NCBI GenBank assembly: GCA_050916035.1
Contig: CP050876.1
Location: 1,120,635-1,184,634 of the forward strand
Source of the DNA: Vampirovibrio sp.
GTDB lineage: Bacteria > Cyanobacteriota > Vampirovibrionia > Vampirovibrionales > JAJTHC01
DNA length: 64,000 nucleotides
Direction of reading: 5' to 3'
In this document: in pieces, positions 19,394 to 28,659 of the stretch
Layout of the letters: each line of letters starts with the position of its first letter
How positions within the stretch are numbered: position 1 is the stretch's first letter
The notes under the pieces: model-generated
The model's database searches: none
Told to the model about the DNA's origin: nothing
What the model saw: only the letters and a program-made list of their open reading frames with translations
Translations under genes and position numbers: made by a program

Positions 19394-20719
19394 ATGTCTA
19401 ACATTAATCGTTTTAATTACACACCTAATTTTAATCCCAATGCCTCTTTGATACGGGCGTCGTCTAACGCGCCTGCAGGCTTTCAGCTTCAAATGGGTCA
19501 AATGGCCACACAAGGCAAGGCGTTTATCGCGAAATATGACGCCGATAAAGACGGCACCTTGAATTTTAACGAATACCAAGCCGCAGGCGGAAACTTGACT
19601 GACGGGTTACAGTCCACCGTGTCTAGCCCAGAACTGGCGAAGGCTTTATTTGCTTGCCACGCGGGGCCGAGTGGGACCTTGAACGCCGCTGAATGGGCGA
19701 GATCCATTAGAGCGTTTGATGATAATTTTGACGGCATTATTACCCAAGCCGAATTGGACAAAAACATTGCGGCACGGCAAGACCTACTTAAAATTGACCC
19801 TAATTTATATATTCTAGACGAATACTTGGGGGCTGCGTCTCATGGGAAGGCTATTTTTGGGCAATCGATTATTCAAAATGGTGCAAAAAAAGAGCTAGAT
19901 CCAGAACTTCAAATAGCTCAAGATCTAGTTAAGCCCTTTACAGAAACGGAAAAAGCCAATCTAGAAAAAATTAAGGCCATCAGTGAGCAGTATTACCCCA
20001 AAGACAATCCTTCCGATTTTAATAACTTAGGACTTATAAGCAAATTAAAAGCCGGCTACAGTGAACGCCTAGATAGTAGTGTTTTTCCAGCAGGGCACCC
20101 CTATTATAGTGACCCACGTGCTAAACAAGCTTACATAGATCAAACATATGTTCTTCAAGCAACACTAAAAGGCGAACTAGGGGCCAACCGTATGCTTCAA
20201 AATGGCCGCCTAGCCCTTTTGAGACAATTGCCCCCAGAGCATCCTCAAATCCCGATGCTTTTACAAGACATTGCTCAAATACAGCAAGACATAGACCGTT
20301 CAGGTAACCAGCTTAATAAGGTAACAGCAGTTTTACAACAAGAAAAAGCAAGGGGAAGTAATCCCAGTTCGCTTATTGGAAAGGTCATGGCTCAGCTGAA
20401 TGGGATGAACACGCCAGAGGCCATGAACTTACTGGATACCTTAGGGAGTATTTATACCGTTGATATGAGTGCGTCACCTGAAGAAATTGACAAGCATTTA
20501 GACATGATGCCCCGCTTGGTGGAAACCGTTTTCAAGACCAATCGCTACGTGGTAGGGGATGATTTAAGTCCCAAAACGAGCATCCCTGAAGCGCAGAGCG
20601 CGCAAGCGTGGGGCACGAAAACCACGAATCCTGCGTCGCTTGACTCCACCGCGTGGTTATCCTTTAACTCAACGACCACGGAAGATAATAATGGCAGTGG
20701 CTTAACTTACCTGCCTTAA
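19394..20719 (+). CDS. hypothetical protein with EF-hand-like calcium-binding loops
   Basis: DADKDGTLNFNEY and DDNFDGIITQAELD are EF-hand-like loops. 441 aa with no other domain. The start is MSNINRF, preceded by a GAGAGA purine run. Confidence 0.5.
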   Translation: MSNINRFNYTPNFNPNASLIRASSNAPAGFQLQMGQMATQGKAFIAKYDADKDGTLNFNEYQAAGGNLTDGLQSTVSSPELAKALFACHAGPSGTLNAAEWARSIRAFDDNFDGIITQAELDKNIAARQDLLKIDPNLYILDEYLGAASHGKAIFGQSIIQNGAKKELDPELQIAQDLVKPFTETEKANLEKIKAISEQYYPKDNPSDFNNLGLISKLKAGYSERLDSSVFPAGHPYYSDPRAKQAYIDQTYVLQATLKGELGANRMLQNGRLALLRQLPPEHPQIPMLLQDIAQIQQDIDRSGNQLNKVTAVLQQEKARGSNPSSLIGKVMAQLNGMNTPEAMNLLDTLGSIYTVDMSASPEEIDKHLDMMPRLVETVFKTNRYVVGDDLSPKTSIPEAQSAQAWGTKTTNPASLDSTAWLSFNSTTTEDNNGSGLTYLP

Positions 20720-20753
20720 GTTTCATCAAGCGGACGCCTTTATTAGCACTTTA

Positions 20754-20790
20754 TCCCTTGCCCCCTTTTGGTGGGGCAGGGGATTTTTTA
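20754..20790 (+). terminator. rho-independent terminator candidate
   Basis: GC-rich hairpin CCCTTGCCCCC..GGGGCAGGGG followed by ATTTTTTA, immediately after the stop at 20719. Confidence 0.5.
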
Positions 20791-20876
20791 TCCTAAGGGG
20801 AGGGCTCCCTTCCGCTTGCGTTTATGGTATGCTAAGGGCTATACGTTTATTGAACCTATTTGTGAAGGAGTCCGCC

Positions 20877-22340
20877 ATGAACACCGTTGCCGTTGAATCC
20901 AAATATGAAGTGGTCTTGGGCTTAGAAGTTCATGTGCAACTCAATACCGACTCCAAACTCTTTAGCACGGCGGCCAATGCCTTTGGCGCAGAACCGAATC
21001 AAAATACGGCCGTGGTGTGTCATGCCTTACCGGGGGCTTTGCCCGTTTTAAACGGAAAAGCCGTGGAATCCGCCATTCGCGTGGGGCTGGGCTTGGGTTG
21101 TGAAATCGCGCGCTATACCAAGTTTGACCGCAAGCAGTATTTCTATCCTGACTTACCTAAGGCGTATCAAATTTCTCAGTATGATTTCCCCATTTGCGGG
21201 CCAGGCGAAGTGACTTTGTCTAACGGTCGAGTGGTGCGCATTTTACGCGCGCATTTGGAAGAAGATGCAGGCAAGCTGGTGCATGTGGGCTCTACGGGGC
21301 TGGATGGTTCTACTCATTCCTTGGTGGATTTTAACCGCGCGGGGTCTCCCTTGGTGGAAATCGTGTCTGAACCGGATATGCGCTCCGCCCAAGAAGCCAA
21401 AGAATACATGATGATGATCCGCAATTTAGTCCGCTACTTAGGCGTGTGTGACGGGAACTTAGAAGAAGGTTCCATGCGTTGTGATGCCAACGTCAGCGTC
21501 AGGCCTTGGGGGCAAGCGGAATACGGCACCAAAGCGGAAATTAAAAACATGAATAGTTTTCGTTCCATTGAACGCGCCATTGAAGCGGAAGTGCTTCGCC
21601 AAGTGGCGATTGTGGAAGCGGGTGGCACGGTGATTCAAGAATCTCGCCTGTGGAATGAAGCGAAAGGTGAAACCGTTTCCATGCGTTCTAAGGAAGAGGC
21701 GCACGACTATCGTTACTTCCCCGACCCTGATATTGCACCGCTCCATATTGAAGAATCTTGGATTCAACGCTTGCGTGAAAGTCAACCCGAACTGCCACAG
21801 GAGCGTTATGAACGTTTGGTGAAAGACTTTGATTTGTCCGAGTATGACGCGCATGTGCTGACGGAATTCAAAGACATGGGCGATTTCTTCTTAAGTGCAG
21901 CGGCCTTAAGTACTGAGTACAAACTCATCGCCAATTACTTGCAAGGCGATATTACAGGCGTCTTAAAAAATGAGAAGCTTACCTTAGGGGAAACGGCCTT
22001 AAGCGCAGAAGCCTTGGCTGAATTGGCTACCTTAACCGCTGAAAAAACGGTGAGTTCCGCCACCGCGAAGAAGTTAATTCCTGTTTTGTTGAAAGACGGG
22101 GGCTTGCCCAGCGCATGGATTGAACGCTTAGGCCTGAAACAGCTAGACAATGTAGACGCATTAACCCCGATTATTGCGGATATTTTAGCCCAAAACCCTG
22201 ACAATGTGGCGGCGTACCAAGCAGGGAAGGACAAATTATTTGGCTTTTTTGTGGGACAAGCGATGAAGGCGACCCAAGGACGAGCAAACCCCGAAACCTT
22301 GAACCGCCTCATCAAAGAAGCGCTCGACGCGACTGATTAA
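20877..22340 (+). CDS. gatB: aspartyl/glutamyl-tRNA(Asn/Gln) amidotransferase subunit B
   Basis: YEVVLGLEVHVQL is the canonical GatB N-terminus, and the length and YqeY-like C-terminus fit. A GAAGGAG RBS lies upstream of the ATG at 20877. Confidence 0.85.
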   Translation: MNTVAVESKYEVVLGLEVHVQLNTDSKLFSTAANAFGAEPNQNTAVVCHALPGALPVLNGKAVESAIRVGLGLGCEIARYTKFDRKQYFYPDLPKAYQISQYDFPICGPGEVTLSNGRVVRILRAHLEEDAGKLVHVGSTGLDGSTHSLVDFNRAGSPLVEIVSEPDMRSAQEAKEYMMMIRNLVRYLGVCDGNLEEGSMRCDANVSVRPWGQAEYGTKAEIKNMNSFRSIERAIEAEVLRQVAIVEAGGTVIQESRLWNEAKGETVSMRSKEEAHDYRYFPDPDIAPLHIEESWIQRLRESQPELPQERYERLVKDFDLSEYDAHVLTEFKDMGDFFLSAAALSTEYKLIANYLQGDITGVLKNEKLTLGETALSAEALAELATLTAEKTVSSATAKKLIPVLLKDGGLPSAWIERLGLKQLDNVDALTPIIADILAQNPDNVAAYQAGKDKLFGFFVGQAMKATQGRANPETLNRLIKEALDATD

Positions 22341-22702
22341 ACATATGTTTTAATAACGTGGTTAAGATTTTTTTTCACTTCTTTTCCTATTAATTCGTAA
22401 AATTCATCGATGCTTGCTTGAGGTAATTTGAAGTTATTAAGATTATGCGAGTTTAACATCTCTCGAAGCTCTTGCACTAATTGCCCACGTGTTCTACGAC
22501 TATTAGAAGAAGTCATATTTCTTAATACAAATATTTTTTGGTTAAATGTCTTTACAAATGCTTCTCTTGCCTCTTTTTCAGCGAGTTCAGTTTTTTGATG
22601 ATTTCTGATCAAATCATCCAGCAAGGGTTTGGCAGGAGATCCTTGCTTAGGGTTATGCAATACAGTGTATGTTAATCCCGTATATGGTGGACGAATAGTC
22701 AT
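22337..22702 (-). CDS. hypothetical protein (121 aa), AT-rich
   Basis: ORF convergent with gatB. No known domain. Confidence 0.3.
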   Translation of the reverse strand: MTIRPPYTGLTYTVLHNPKQGSPAKPLLDDLIRNHQKTELAEKEAREAFVKTFNQKIFVLRNMTSSNSRRTRGQLVQELREMLNSHNLNNFKLPQASIDEFYELIGKEVKKNLNHVIKTYV

Positions 22703-22852
22703 GATAAGGACTTTCTATGATTAAAGGGGGAATACGGTGACGTGAATCACAAGCATATAAAACACCCTCAAGCGGGACTTGTGCCAAGGGGTAAATATCA
22801 TGACGAAATTGTAACATCTGAATCAGGCGGTGCAAGCCTAAAACGTAAAGCC

Positions 22853-23728
22853 TTACTGGGCGCCTTTAAGGCGCTCTTTCCCCAAAGGGGGCCGAACCCC
22901 CAAGGCATGGCAAATGCCGTAAACCAAATCACTGCGGTTTAGGGTATAGAAGTGAAAATGATTCACCCCTTCCGCCTGCAAATTCTGGCAGAGTTGAATG
23001 GCTTCGCTGGTGGCGATTAAACGGCGCGTGTCGGGGTCGTCTTCTAAGCCTTGAAATAAATCCACCACACGAGGCGGCAACGTGGCCCCACAGGCGGTGG
23101 CAAATTTTAAAGTTTGTTGAAAGTTACTCATTGGTAAAATACCAGGGATAATCGGCACCTGAATGCCTGTGGCGTGGCAGGCGTCTCTAAAGCGTAAAAA
23201 AGTTTCCGCTTCAAAAAAGAATTGCGTCATCACGGCGGTGGCGCCCAAATCCACTTTCGCTTTCAGGTAAGCCAAGTCAGATTCGAAATCAGGGGATTCA
23301 GGATGCTTTTCAGGGTAGCCTGCCACGGCGACGTCAAAGCCTCCAAAACGTTGGATGTCTTGAACCAAATCTGCCGCATAGCGATACGCCTGAAAGGCCT
23401 CTTCAGGGCTTTGGCCTTGGGGAATATCGCCTCTTAACGCCACCAATCGCGTAATGCCCAAGGCGTGGTAGCGTTCTAAAATGGAGTGAATATCCGCCTT
23501 AGTGGACCCCACACACGTTAAGTGTGGTACGGCGTTTAAGGCCATGTCCTGCTGGATTTTAGCGACAATATCGTGAGTGCGCTCCCGCGTGGAGCCCCCC
23601 GCCCCATAAGTCACGCTCACAAAATCAGGCGACAAGGGGGCAAGCTTTTGAATGCTTTGCCATAATTTTTCATGGGCTTCAGGGGTATTGGGCGGAAAAA
23701 ATTCAAAACTCACGTGGGGAATCGGCAT
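22853..23728 (-). CDS. metF: 5,10-methylenetetrahydrofolate reductase
   Basis: VSFEFFPP N-terminus and overall MetF TIM-barrel pattern. 291 aa. Confidence 0.8.
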   Translation of the reverse strand: MPIPHVSFEFFPPNTPEAHEKLWQSIQKLAPLSPDFVSVTYGAGGSTRERTHDIVAKIQQDMALNAVPHLTCVGSTKADIHSILERYHALGITRLVALRGDIPQGQSPEEAFQAYRYAADLVQDIQRFGGFDVAVAGYPEKHPESPDFESDLAYLKAKVDLGATAVMTQFFFEAETFLRFRDACHATGIQVPIIPGILPMSNFQQTLKFATACGATLPPRVVDLFQGLEDDPDTRRLIATSEAIQLCQNLQAEGVNHFHFYTLNRSDLVYGICHALGVRPPLGKERLKGAQ

Positions 23729-23944
23729 GGAGACACTTTCTTAACTGATTTCTTAATTAAATAGAGCTTAACTGAAGGCAGACCTCGCTTCATTAAGACT
23801 CACTTATCTCTTCTAGAAAAAGACTTATTCATTCTACCATCATTCAAAGGGGATTCAATGCTTAAGAAGGATTCATTTTAGTGTTTCCGTTTTTCTGCTA
23901 AAATTGAGACCTATGAAATATCGAAACGAAGAAGGACCCTCTCC

Positions 23945-25360
23945 ATGTTGATTCCAGTTATTTTGTCAGGGGGAAGTGGAACGCGTTTATGGCCATGGTC
24001 TCGCGTGGGGATGCCCAAGCAGTTTTTATCCCTACAAGCAGAAGCCAAGCATAGTCTTTTTCAACAAACGCTCGGGCGACTCCCTTTGGCGGATTTAGAA
24101 GCCCCGTGGGTGGTAGCAAACCAAGACCACCGTTTTCGTGTGGCCGAACAACTCCAAGCGCTCCACCTTAATCATGCCAGAATTATTTTAGAACCCTGTG
24201 GACGAAATACCGCCCCTGCCATTATCATTGCCGCACTCATGGCGTGTTCTCACCCCCCCACGAAGGAGGCCTGCCTTTTTATTCTCCCGTCGGATCATCA
24301 CATTGAAGATACGCTTGCCTTTCACCACGCCATTCAAGTGGCCAAGCGTCACGCGGAAGCAGGCAAAGTCGTCACCTTTGGGATTCAACCCCAATACCCC
24401 GCCACAGGCTATGGTTATATTCATGCGGGCGAAGCGGTAGACGGTGGTTTTCGGGTACAAGGCTTTAAAGAAAAGCCCGATGAAATCACGGCGCAAACCT
24501 TCATCCAGAAGGGCGGCTACTACTGGAATTCAGGCATGTTCTTGGTCAAAGCCCGTGTCTTGTTGGAAGAAGCCGAACGCTACTGTCCTGACGTCTTAAA
24601 ACACGCGCGCCACGCCCTGCTAGAAGGCCGTAAGGATTTAGATTTCATTCGTTTAGAGCCGTCTCATTTTGAGCAATGCCCTAGTATTTCCATTGATTAT
24701 GCCGTGATGGAAAAAACACCGAAAGCCATGATGGTGCCCTTAGATGCGGGCTGGAATGATGTGGGGAATTGGTCTTCTCTACGAGAAGTGTCGCCTCAAG
24801 ATGAAGCAGGCAATGCCGTTCAAGGCGATGTGATTCTCCACAATGTTAAAAACTCTATGGTGGTGAGTGAGAATGCCTTGGTCACCGTCTGTGATTTAGA
24901 ACACATCTTGGTGGTACAAAGTAAGGATGCCGTTTTGGTCGCGGATTTACGTCGCGCGGAATCTGTTAAATACATTGTAGAAGCCTTACAGGCCCAAGCC
25001 CGTAATGAACGCTTAGAACATGTACAGGTCTTTCGCCCATGGGGCAGTTATGAAACGATTGTTGAGTCCACGGGCTTTAAAGCCAAGCGCATTATCGTAA
25101 ATCCTCAACAAAAATTATCGCTTCAAATGCATCATCACCGTGCAGAACATTGGGTGGTGGTCAAAGGCACGGCACAAGTCACCAATGGGGATAAAGCCTT
25201 CTTACTCAGTCAGGACGAATCCACCTATATTCCTATTGGGCAGACGCATCGTTTAGAAAATCCAGGAAAAATCCCCTTGGAAATCATCGAGGTACAATCA
25301 GGGGCGTATTTAGAAGAAGATGATATCGTCCGTTATGAAGATATCTATCAACGGGTATAA
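23945..25360 (+). CDS. manC: mannose-1-phosphate guanylyltransferase / mannose-6-phosphate isomerase (bifunctional, cupin C-term)
   Basis: PVILSGGSGTRLWP nucleotidyltransferase motif and a C-terminal cupin (HHH..EHW). 471 aa. Confidence 0.8.
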   Translation: MLIPVILSGGSGTRLWPWSRVGMPKQFLSLQAEAKHSLFQQTLGRLPLADLEAPWVVANQDHRFRVAEQLQALHLNHARIILEPCGRNTAPAIIIAALMACSHPPTKEACLFILPSDHHIEDTLAFHHAIQVAKRHAEAGKVVTFGIQPQYPATGYGYIHAGEAVDGGFRVQGFKEKPDEITAQTFIQKGGYYWNSGMFLVKARVLLEEAERYCPDVLKHARHALLEGRKDLDFIRLEPSHFEQCPSISIDYAVMEKTPKAMMVPLDAGWNDVGNWSSLREVSPQDEAGNAVQGDVILHNVKNSMVVSENALVTVCDLEHILVVQSKDAVLVADLRRAESVKYIVEALQAQARNERLEHVQVFRPWGSYETIVESTGFKAKRIIVNPQQKLSLQMHHHRAEHWVVVKGTAQVTNGDKAFLLSQDESTYIPIGQTHRLENPGKIPLEIIEVQSGAYLEEDDIVRYEDIYQRV

Positions 25361-25368
25361 AGGGCCTT

Positions 25369-25653
25369 TTGCTTTGTGTCTTTGACGTAAAGCGTCGTAT
25401 TTATGTTATGCTAAAAAAGTTGAATACTTGTTTGCATGACCTGATTCAAAGTGGGACTCCCCTATTCATGTCGTCTATCTTATCTTTTTTTAAAAAGTTT
25501 ATCGGTCTTGAATCAAAACTTGATATTATACACTGGGTACTAATTTGTATTTCCTTGAGCTTAAGCTTGGGTTATTTTTTTCCTCTTCATTTCCCTTACT
25601 TCAAGGAGATTCTTGATTTTGTGTTAGACCTATTACGTTACTTAAATAGGTAG
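25369..25653 (+). CDS. hypothetical 94-aa ORF, partial duplicate of the tsp 5' region
   Basis: Contains MSSILSF and LLRYLN, which recur at the N-terminus of the next gene. About 30-35 bp of near-identical DNA blocks are shared. Confidence 0.25.
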   Translation: MLCVFDVKRRIYVMLKKLNTCLHDLIQSGTPLFMSSILSFFKKFIGLESKLDIIHWVLICISLSLSLGYFFPLHFPYFKEILDFVLDLLRYLNR

Positions 25654-25686
25654 TAAAGATTGTAGTTAAAATAAAAACTTAATTTT

Positions 25687-27078
25687 GTGTCAGATCTATT
25701 ACGTTACTTAAACCAGAATGAGATTCTCCTATTAATGTCGTCTATCTTATCTTTTTTAGTGAAACATCCTCAAGTTAAACTGGGTCTTACGCTTCTGTTT
25801 TGGGGGCTGGTTCTTCTTTACTTGGCATTAAAGTCTGTGGATTACTTTCCTGCAGAAAGCTCGCGGATTAAATGGCCTGAATTACAAACGCATCCTCAAC
25901 CCCTGCAGACAACGGGTTCGGCTCGTCAAGCGCAAGCCTTATTTGGCGATGTCTTAGAAAAAATTGAAAGCTCTTATGTGGATGAAACCTTGAATCATCA
26001 ACGTTGGTCGACTTGGCGAAAGCGCTATCAGTCCGTCATTCAAAACCCTGAAGATGCCTATGTGGCCATTGACTCGGTGATTGCGAGCTTAAATGACCCC
26101 TATACACGCTTTTTTAAGCCCGATGAGTTTACGGAACAAAACTTAAGTATTTCCTCCAAACTCTACGGCATTGGGGTAGAAATTACCATTACCAATGAAG
26201 CGGTCACCATTATCAATATTCTGCCGAATTCCCCCGCCATGGGTTCTAAATCCTTGGCCTTGGGAGATGTCATTACCCATATTGACGGTAAAACGGTGGC
26301 AGGTTTGTCCTTGTTGGATGTGGCCAAACGCATTCGTGGGCAAAAAGGGACCGCTTTGGTCTTAACTGTGCAAACGCCTGAACATGAGTCTAAAACCGTC
26401 AAAGTCTTACGCGACGAAATCAAAGTGCTTCACGTGCAAGCACAAGGGTTGTCACAGCATCCTGACGTCGGCTATATTAAGCTTCAATCCTTTATGGGCT
26501 TGGGGATTTCTAATGAGTTTCGTCATATTTTAGAAATGCAGAAAAACAAACCCTTTTTGATTATTGACTTACGCAACAACGGCGGTGGGATGCTCAATAA
26601 TGCCGTTGAAATTGCCGACTTTTTTGTGGATGACGAAACCATTGTCACCGTTGATGGTCGAGGCCGCGCTTACGATACCACCTTAAAAGGACAAGAAGGG
26701 ACCCTTTACACAGGAAAAATCGCCTTTTTGGCCAATCAAGGTTCCGCAAGTGCCAGTGAAGTGTTGGCAGGAGCACTACGAGACTTAAACAAAGCCATTA
26801 TTGTGGGGCAAACCACGTATGGGAAAGGGCTTGTTCAGCAAATTATTCCTTTACAAGGCGAAACCGTGGGTTTGAATTTAACCATTGCGCGTTATCTTAC
26901 CCCAAGCGGGTATGACTTAAATCACGTGGGCTTAAAACCCGATGTCTTTGTTTCGGAAACGAAGATTCGTCAAGGCATTCAACAGGGTAAAGATGTGGTC
27001 TTAGAACGTGCTATTGAAACCCTGAAAAGCACCACAACGACCGCCACTGTACCCGTCAAGCAGCCCATACAGCGCTAA
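25687..27078 (+). CDS. ctp: C-terminal processing (tail-specific) protease, S41 family with PDZ domain
   Basis: PDZ (GIGVEI..LPNSPA..GDVI..IDG) and S41 catalytic motifs (IIDLRNNGGG and TYGKGLVQ). Confidence 0.8.
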   Translation: MSDLLRYLNQNEILLLMSSILSFLVKHPQVKLGLTLLFWGLVLLYLALKSVDYFPAESSRIKWPELQTHPQPLQTTGSARQAQALFGDVLEKIESSYVDETLNHQRWSTWRKRYQSVIQNPEDAYVAIDSVIASLNDPYTRFFKPDEFTEQNLSISSKLYGIGVEITITNEAVTIINILPNSPAMGSKSLALGDVITHIDGKTVAGLSLLDVAKRIRGQKGTALVLTVQTPEHESKTVKVLRDEIKVLHVQAQGLSQHPDVGYIKLQSFMGLGISNEFRHILEMQKNKPFLIIDLRNNGGGMLNNAVEIADFFVDDETIVTVDGRGRAYDTTLKGQEGTLYTGKIAFLANQGSASASEVLAGALRDLNKAIIVGQTTYGKGLVQQIIPLQGETVGLNLTIARYLTPSGYDLNHVGLKPDVFVSETKIRQGIQQGKDVVLERAIETLKSTTTTATVPVKQPIQR

Positions 27079-27107
27079 TTTTTTGATTTATAGGCTTGCA
27101 ATAGAGT

Positions 27108-27376
27108 TCTCGCTTCGTTTTGAGCTTGTGCCGTCAGAGACCTTTTCGCGGAAAAAGGTCTCCAACACCTCTAAATCCGTTCAAGGGGGGACGGGGTAGG
27201 ACGCATTGCGTTTCTCCTCCCCTTCGTCCCCCCTTGAAAATCCCCCCTTAATCCCCACCTCCTCGCATCATTTACGGCCACGACGTCCGCAAAATGTCTC
27301 GGAAGCCTCGCATTTAGTGCGTTGACGTCTGCTTTAAAATTAAAAAAACGTCTGCCGTGTGGTGAGGAAGCCTCTC
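27108..27376 (+). repeat. dispersed intergenic repeat, copy 2
   Basis: Same palindromic core and the same start and end blocks as copy 1. It lies between the convergent genes tsp and nanE. Confidence 0.8.
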
Positions 27377-27379
27377 AAT

Positions 27380-28078
27380 TTAATTAAGCCCTGTCTTAAA
27401 ACGTGCCGTAATGAGTTGAGGGCGCGTAATGGCGGAGCCCACCACCACGGCGGTCGCCCCACAAGTAAACGCTTGGCGGATTTGATTTACGTCCCACACA
27501 CGACCTTCTAAGCAAATGGGATGCGAAGGAAAGGCCTGAATCAAACCTTTTAAAAGTTCAAAATCGGGTTCTCCCGCCACCGTAGACGTTAACGCTTCCG
27601 TTTCTTGGGTATAACCACTTAAGGTGGTACTCAGGATATGAACCCCCGCCTCCACGGCATAGCTGGCAGAAGCCAGCGTGTCGATATCCCCCATGAATAA
27701 GACGTGGGGATACTGCGCCTGAACCGTGGCAATGATCTTTTTTAAGACGTCTTCTCGAAAGCGTGGCGTGGCGTCTAAGGCAATAATATCCGCGCCTGCC
27801 TCTGCAAGGGCTAAGGCATCTGAAGCGTGTCGCGTAATATAGACACTCGCCTTAGGATCCGCAGGCAAGGGAACAGACTTATGCAATCCAATAATAGGGA
27901 GCTGAGGATACCCCTGTTTCAGCTGCCGAATCAAGTCCACATGCGCCACGCGTAGCCCTTCTGCTCCCCCTTGAATCACGCTTTCACACAGGGCCATGAG
28001 TATTTCAAGTCTGCCCAAGGGTTCATGGGCTTCGGCTTGGACGGATACCCAAAATCGGGGAAGGGAGGGAAGGGTCAT
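27380..28078 (-). CDS. nanE: N-acetylmannosamine-6-phosphate 2-epimerase
   Basis: GADIIALDAT, TTLSGYT, GPDFELL and AVVVGSAITRP..IT.RF form the NanE family pattern. Confidence 0.7.
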   Translation of the reverse strand: MTLPSLPRFWVSVQAEAHEPLGRLEILMALCESVIQGGAEGLRVAHVDLIRQLKQGYPQLPIIGLHKSVPLPADPKASVYITRHASDALALAEAGADIIALDATPRFREDVLKKIIATVQAQYPHVLFMGDIDTLASASYAVEAGVHILSTTLSGYTQETEALTSTVAGEPDFELLKGLIQAFPSHPICLEGRVWDVNQIRQAFTCGATAVVVGSAITRPQLITARFKTGLN

Positions 28079-28137
28079 ACCAATTTCTTTCTTCGGGGGC
28101 TTACTTTTTGGCTTTTGGGAACTTTCTTTTGTGGGGC

Positions 28138-28512
28138 TTAAGCGACCGATCCCACGCGGAATTCAATTTCGCTGAGATGAATCCCTGTTTGAGGAGTGTA
28201 TCGATTCAATTTGCTTAAAAGGTCTTCTCGCTCAAAAGCCAGTTCCGTGGCCGTAATGGGGTGATTGACCTGTACGCGTAAAACGGCACGCTTGCCTTTG
28301 TAAAAAACCGAGCGGGCCTGTGCCTTGGACTGATACGCAGGAGGCACAATCCTGTTCCATACGGACAACACACCAAATTCTTGCGTTTTTTTGTCCAGTC
28401 CCAAGCGTTGGGCCACGACCTGTAGCAACTGATTAAACTCTTGCATAAAGGGATCAACTGACTTTTTTTGAGTGAATGCCTCTATTCTTTCGGATTCTTT
28501 CTGAAAAGTCAA
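28138..28512 (-). CDS. DUF721 (DciA-like) domain protein
   Basis: 124 aa in the DUF721 size range. The central region LQVVAQRLGL..VLSVWNRIV..AQARSVFYKGKRAVLRVQV..ITATELAFEREDLLSKLN has a DUF721-like feel. The call is tentative. Confidence 0.45.
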   Translation of the reverse strand: MTFQKESERIEAFTQKKSVDPFMQEFNQLLQVVAQRLGLDKKTQEFGVLSVWNRIVPPAYQSKAQARSVFYKGKRAVLRVQVNHPITATELAFEREDLLSKLNRYTPQTGIHLSEIEFRVGSVA

Positions 28513-28659
28513 TAAAACTGTTAAAATAGAACTTTACTTAACTTTACTTGTGTTTTCAACAGGGATTCTCGTAAAATAGATTCATACATGTATTAGACGG
28601 TTTTGGCATTTGAGTATGTGTCATTCCCTAGCCGTTGTCTATGAGGAGACTTCCCCCCT

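Noticed and set aside
21434-22315. Minus-strand ORFs (64, 131 and 126 aa) inside gatB
   Set aside because: They are antisense shadow ORFs within a highly conserved GatB coding sequence.
22742-22942. 66-aa plus-strand ORF between the hypothetical 22337-22702 and metF
   Set aside because: It overlaps the metF 3' end on the opposite strand, has no RBS or motif, and is likely spurious.
24188-24496. 102-aa minus and 80-aa plus ORFs inside manC
   Set aside because: They are nested in the confident ManC ORF and have no independent support.
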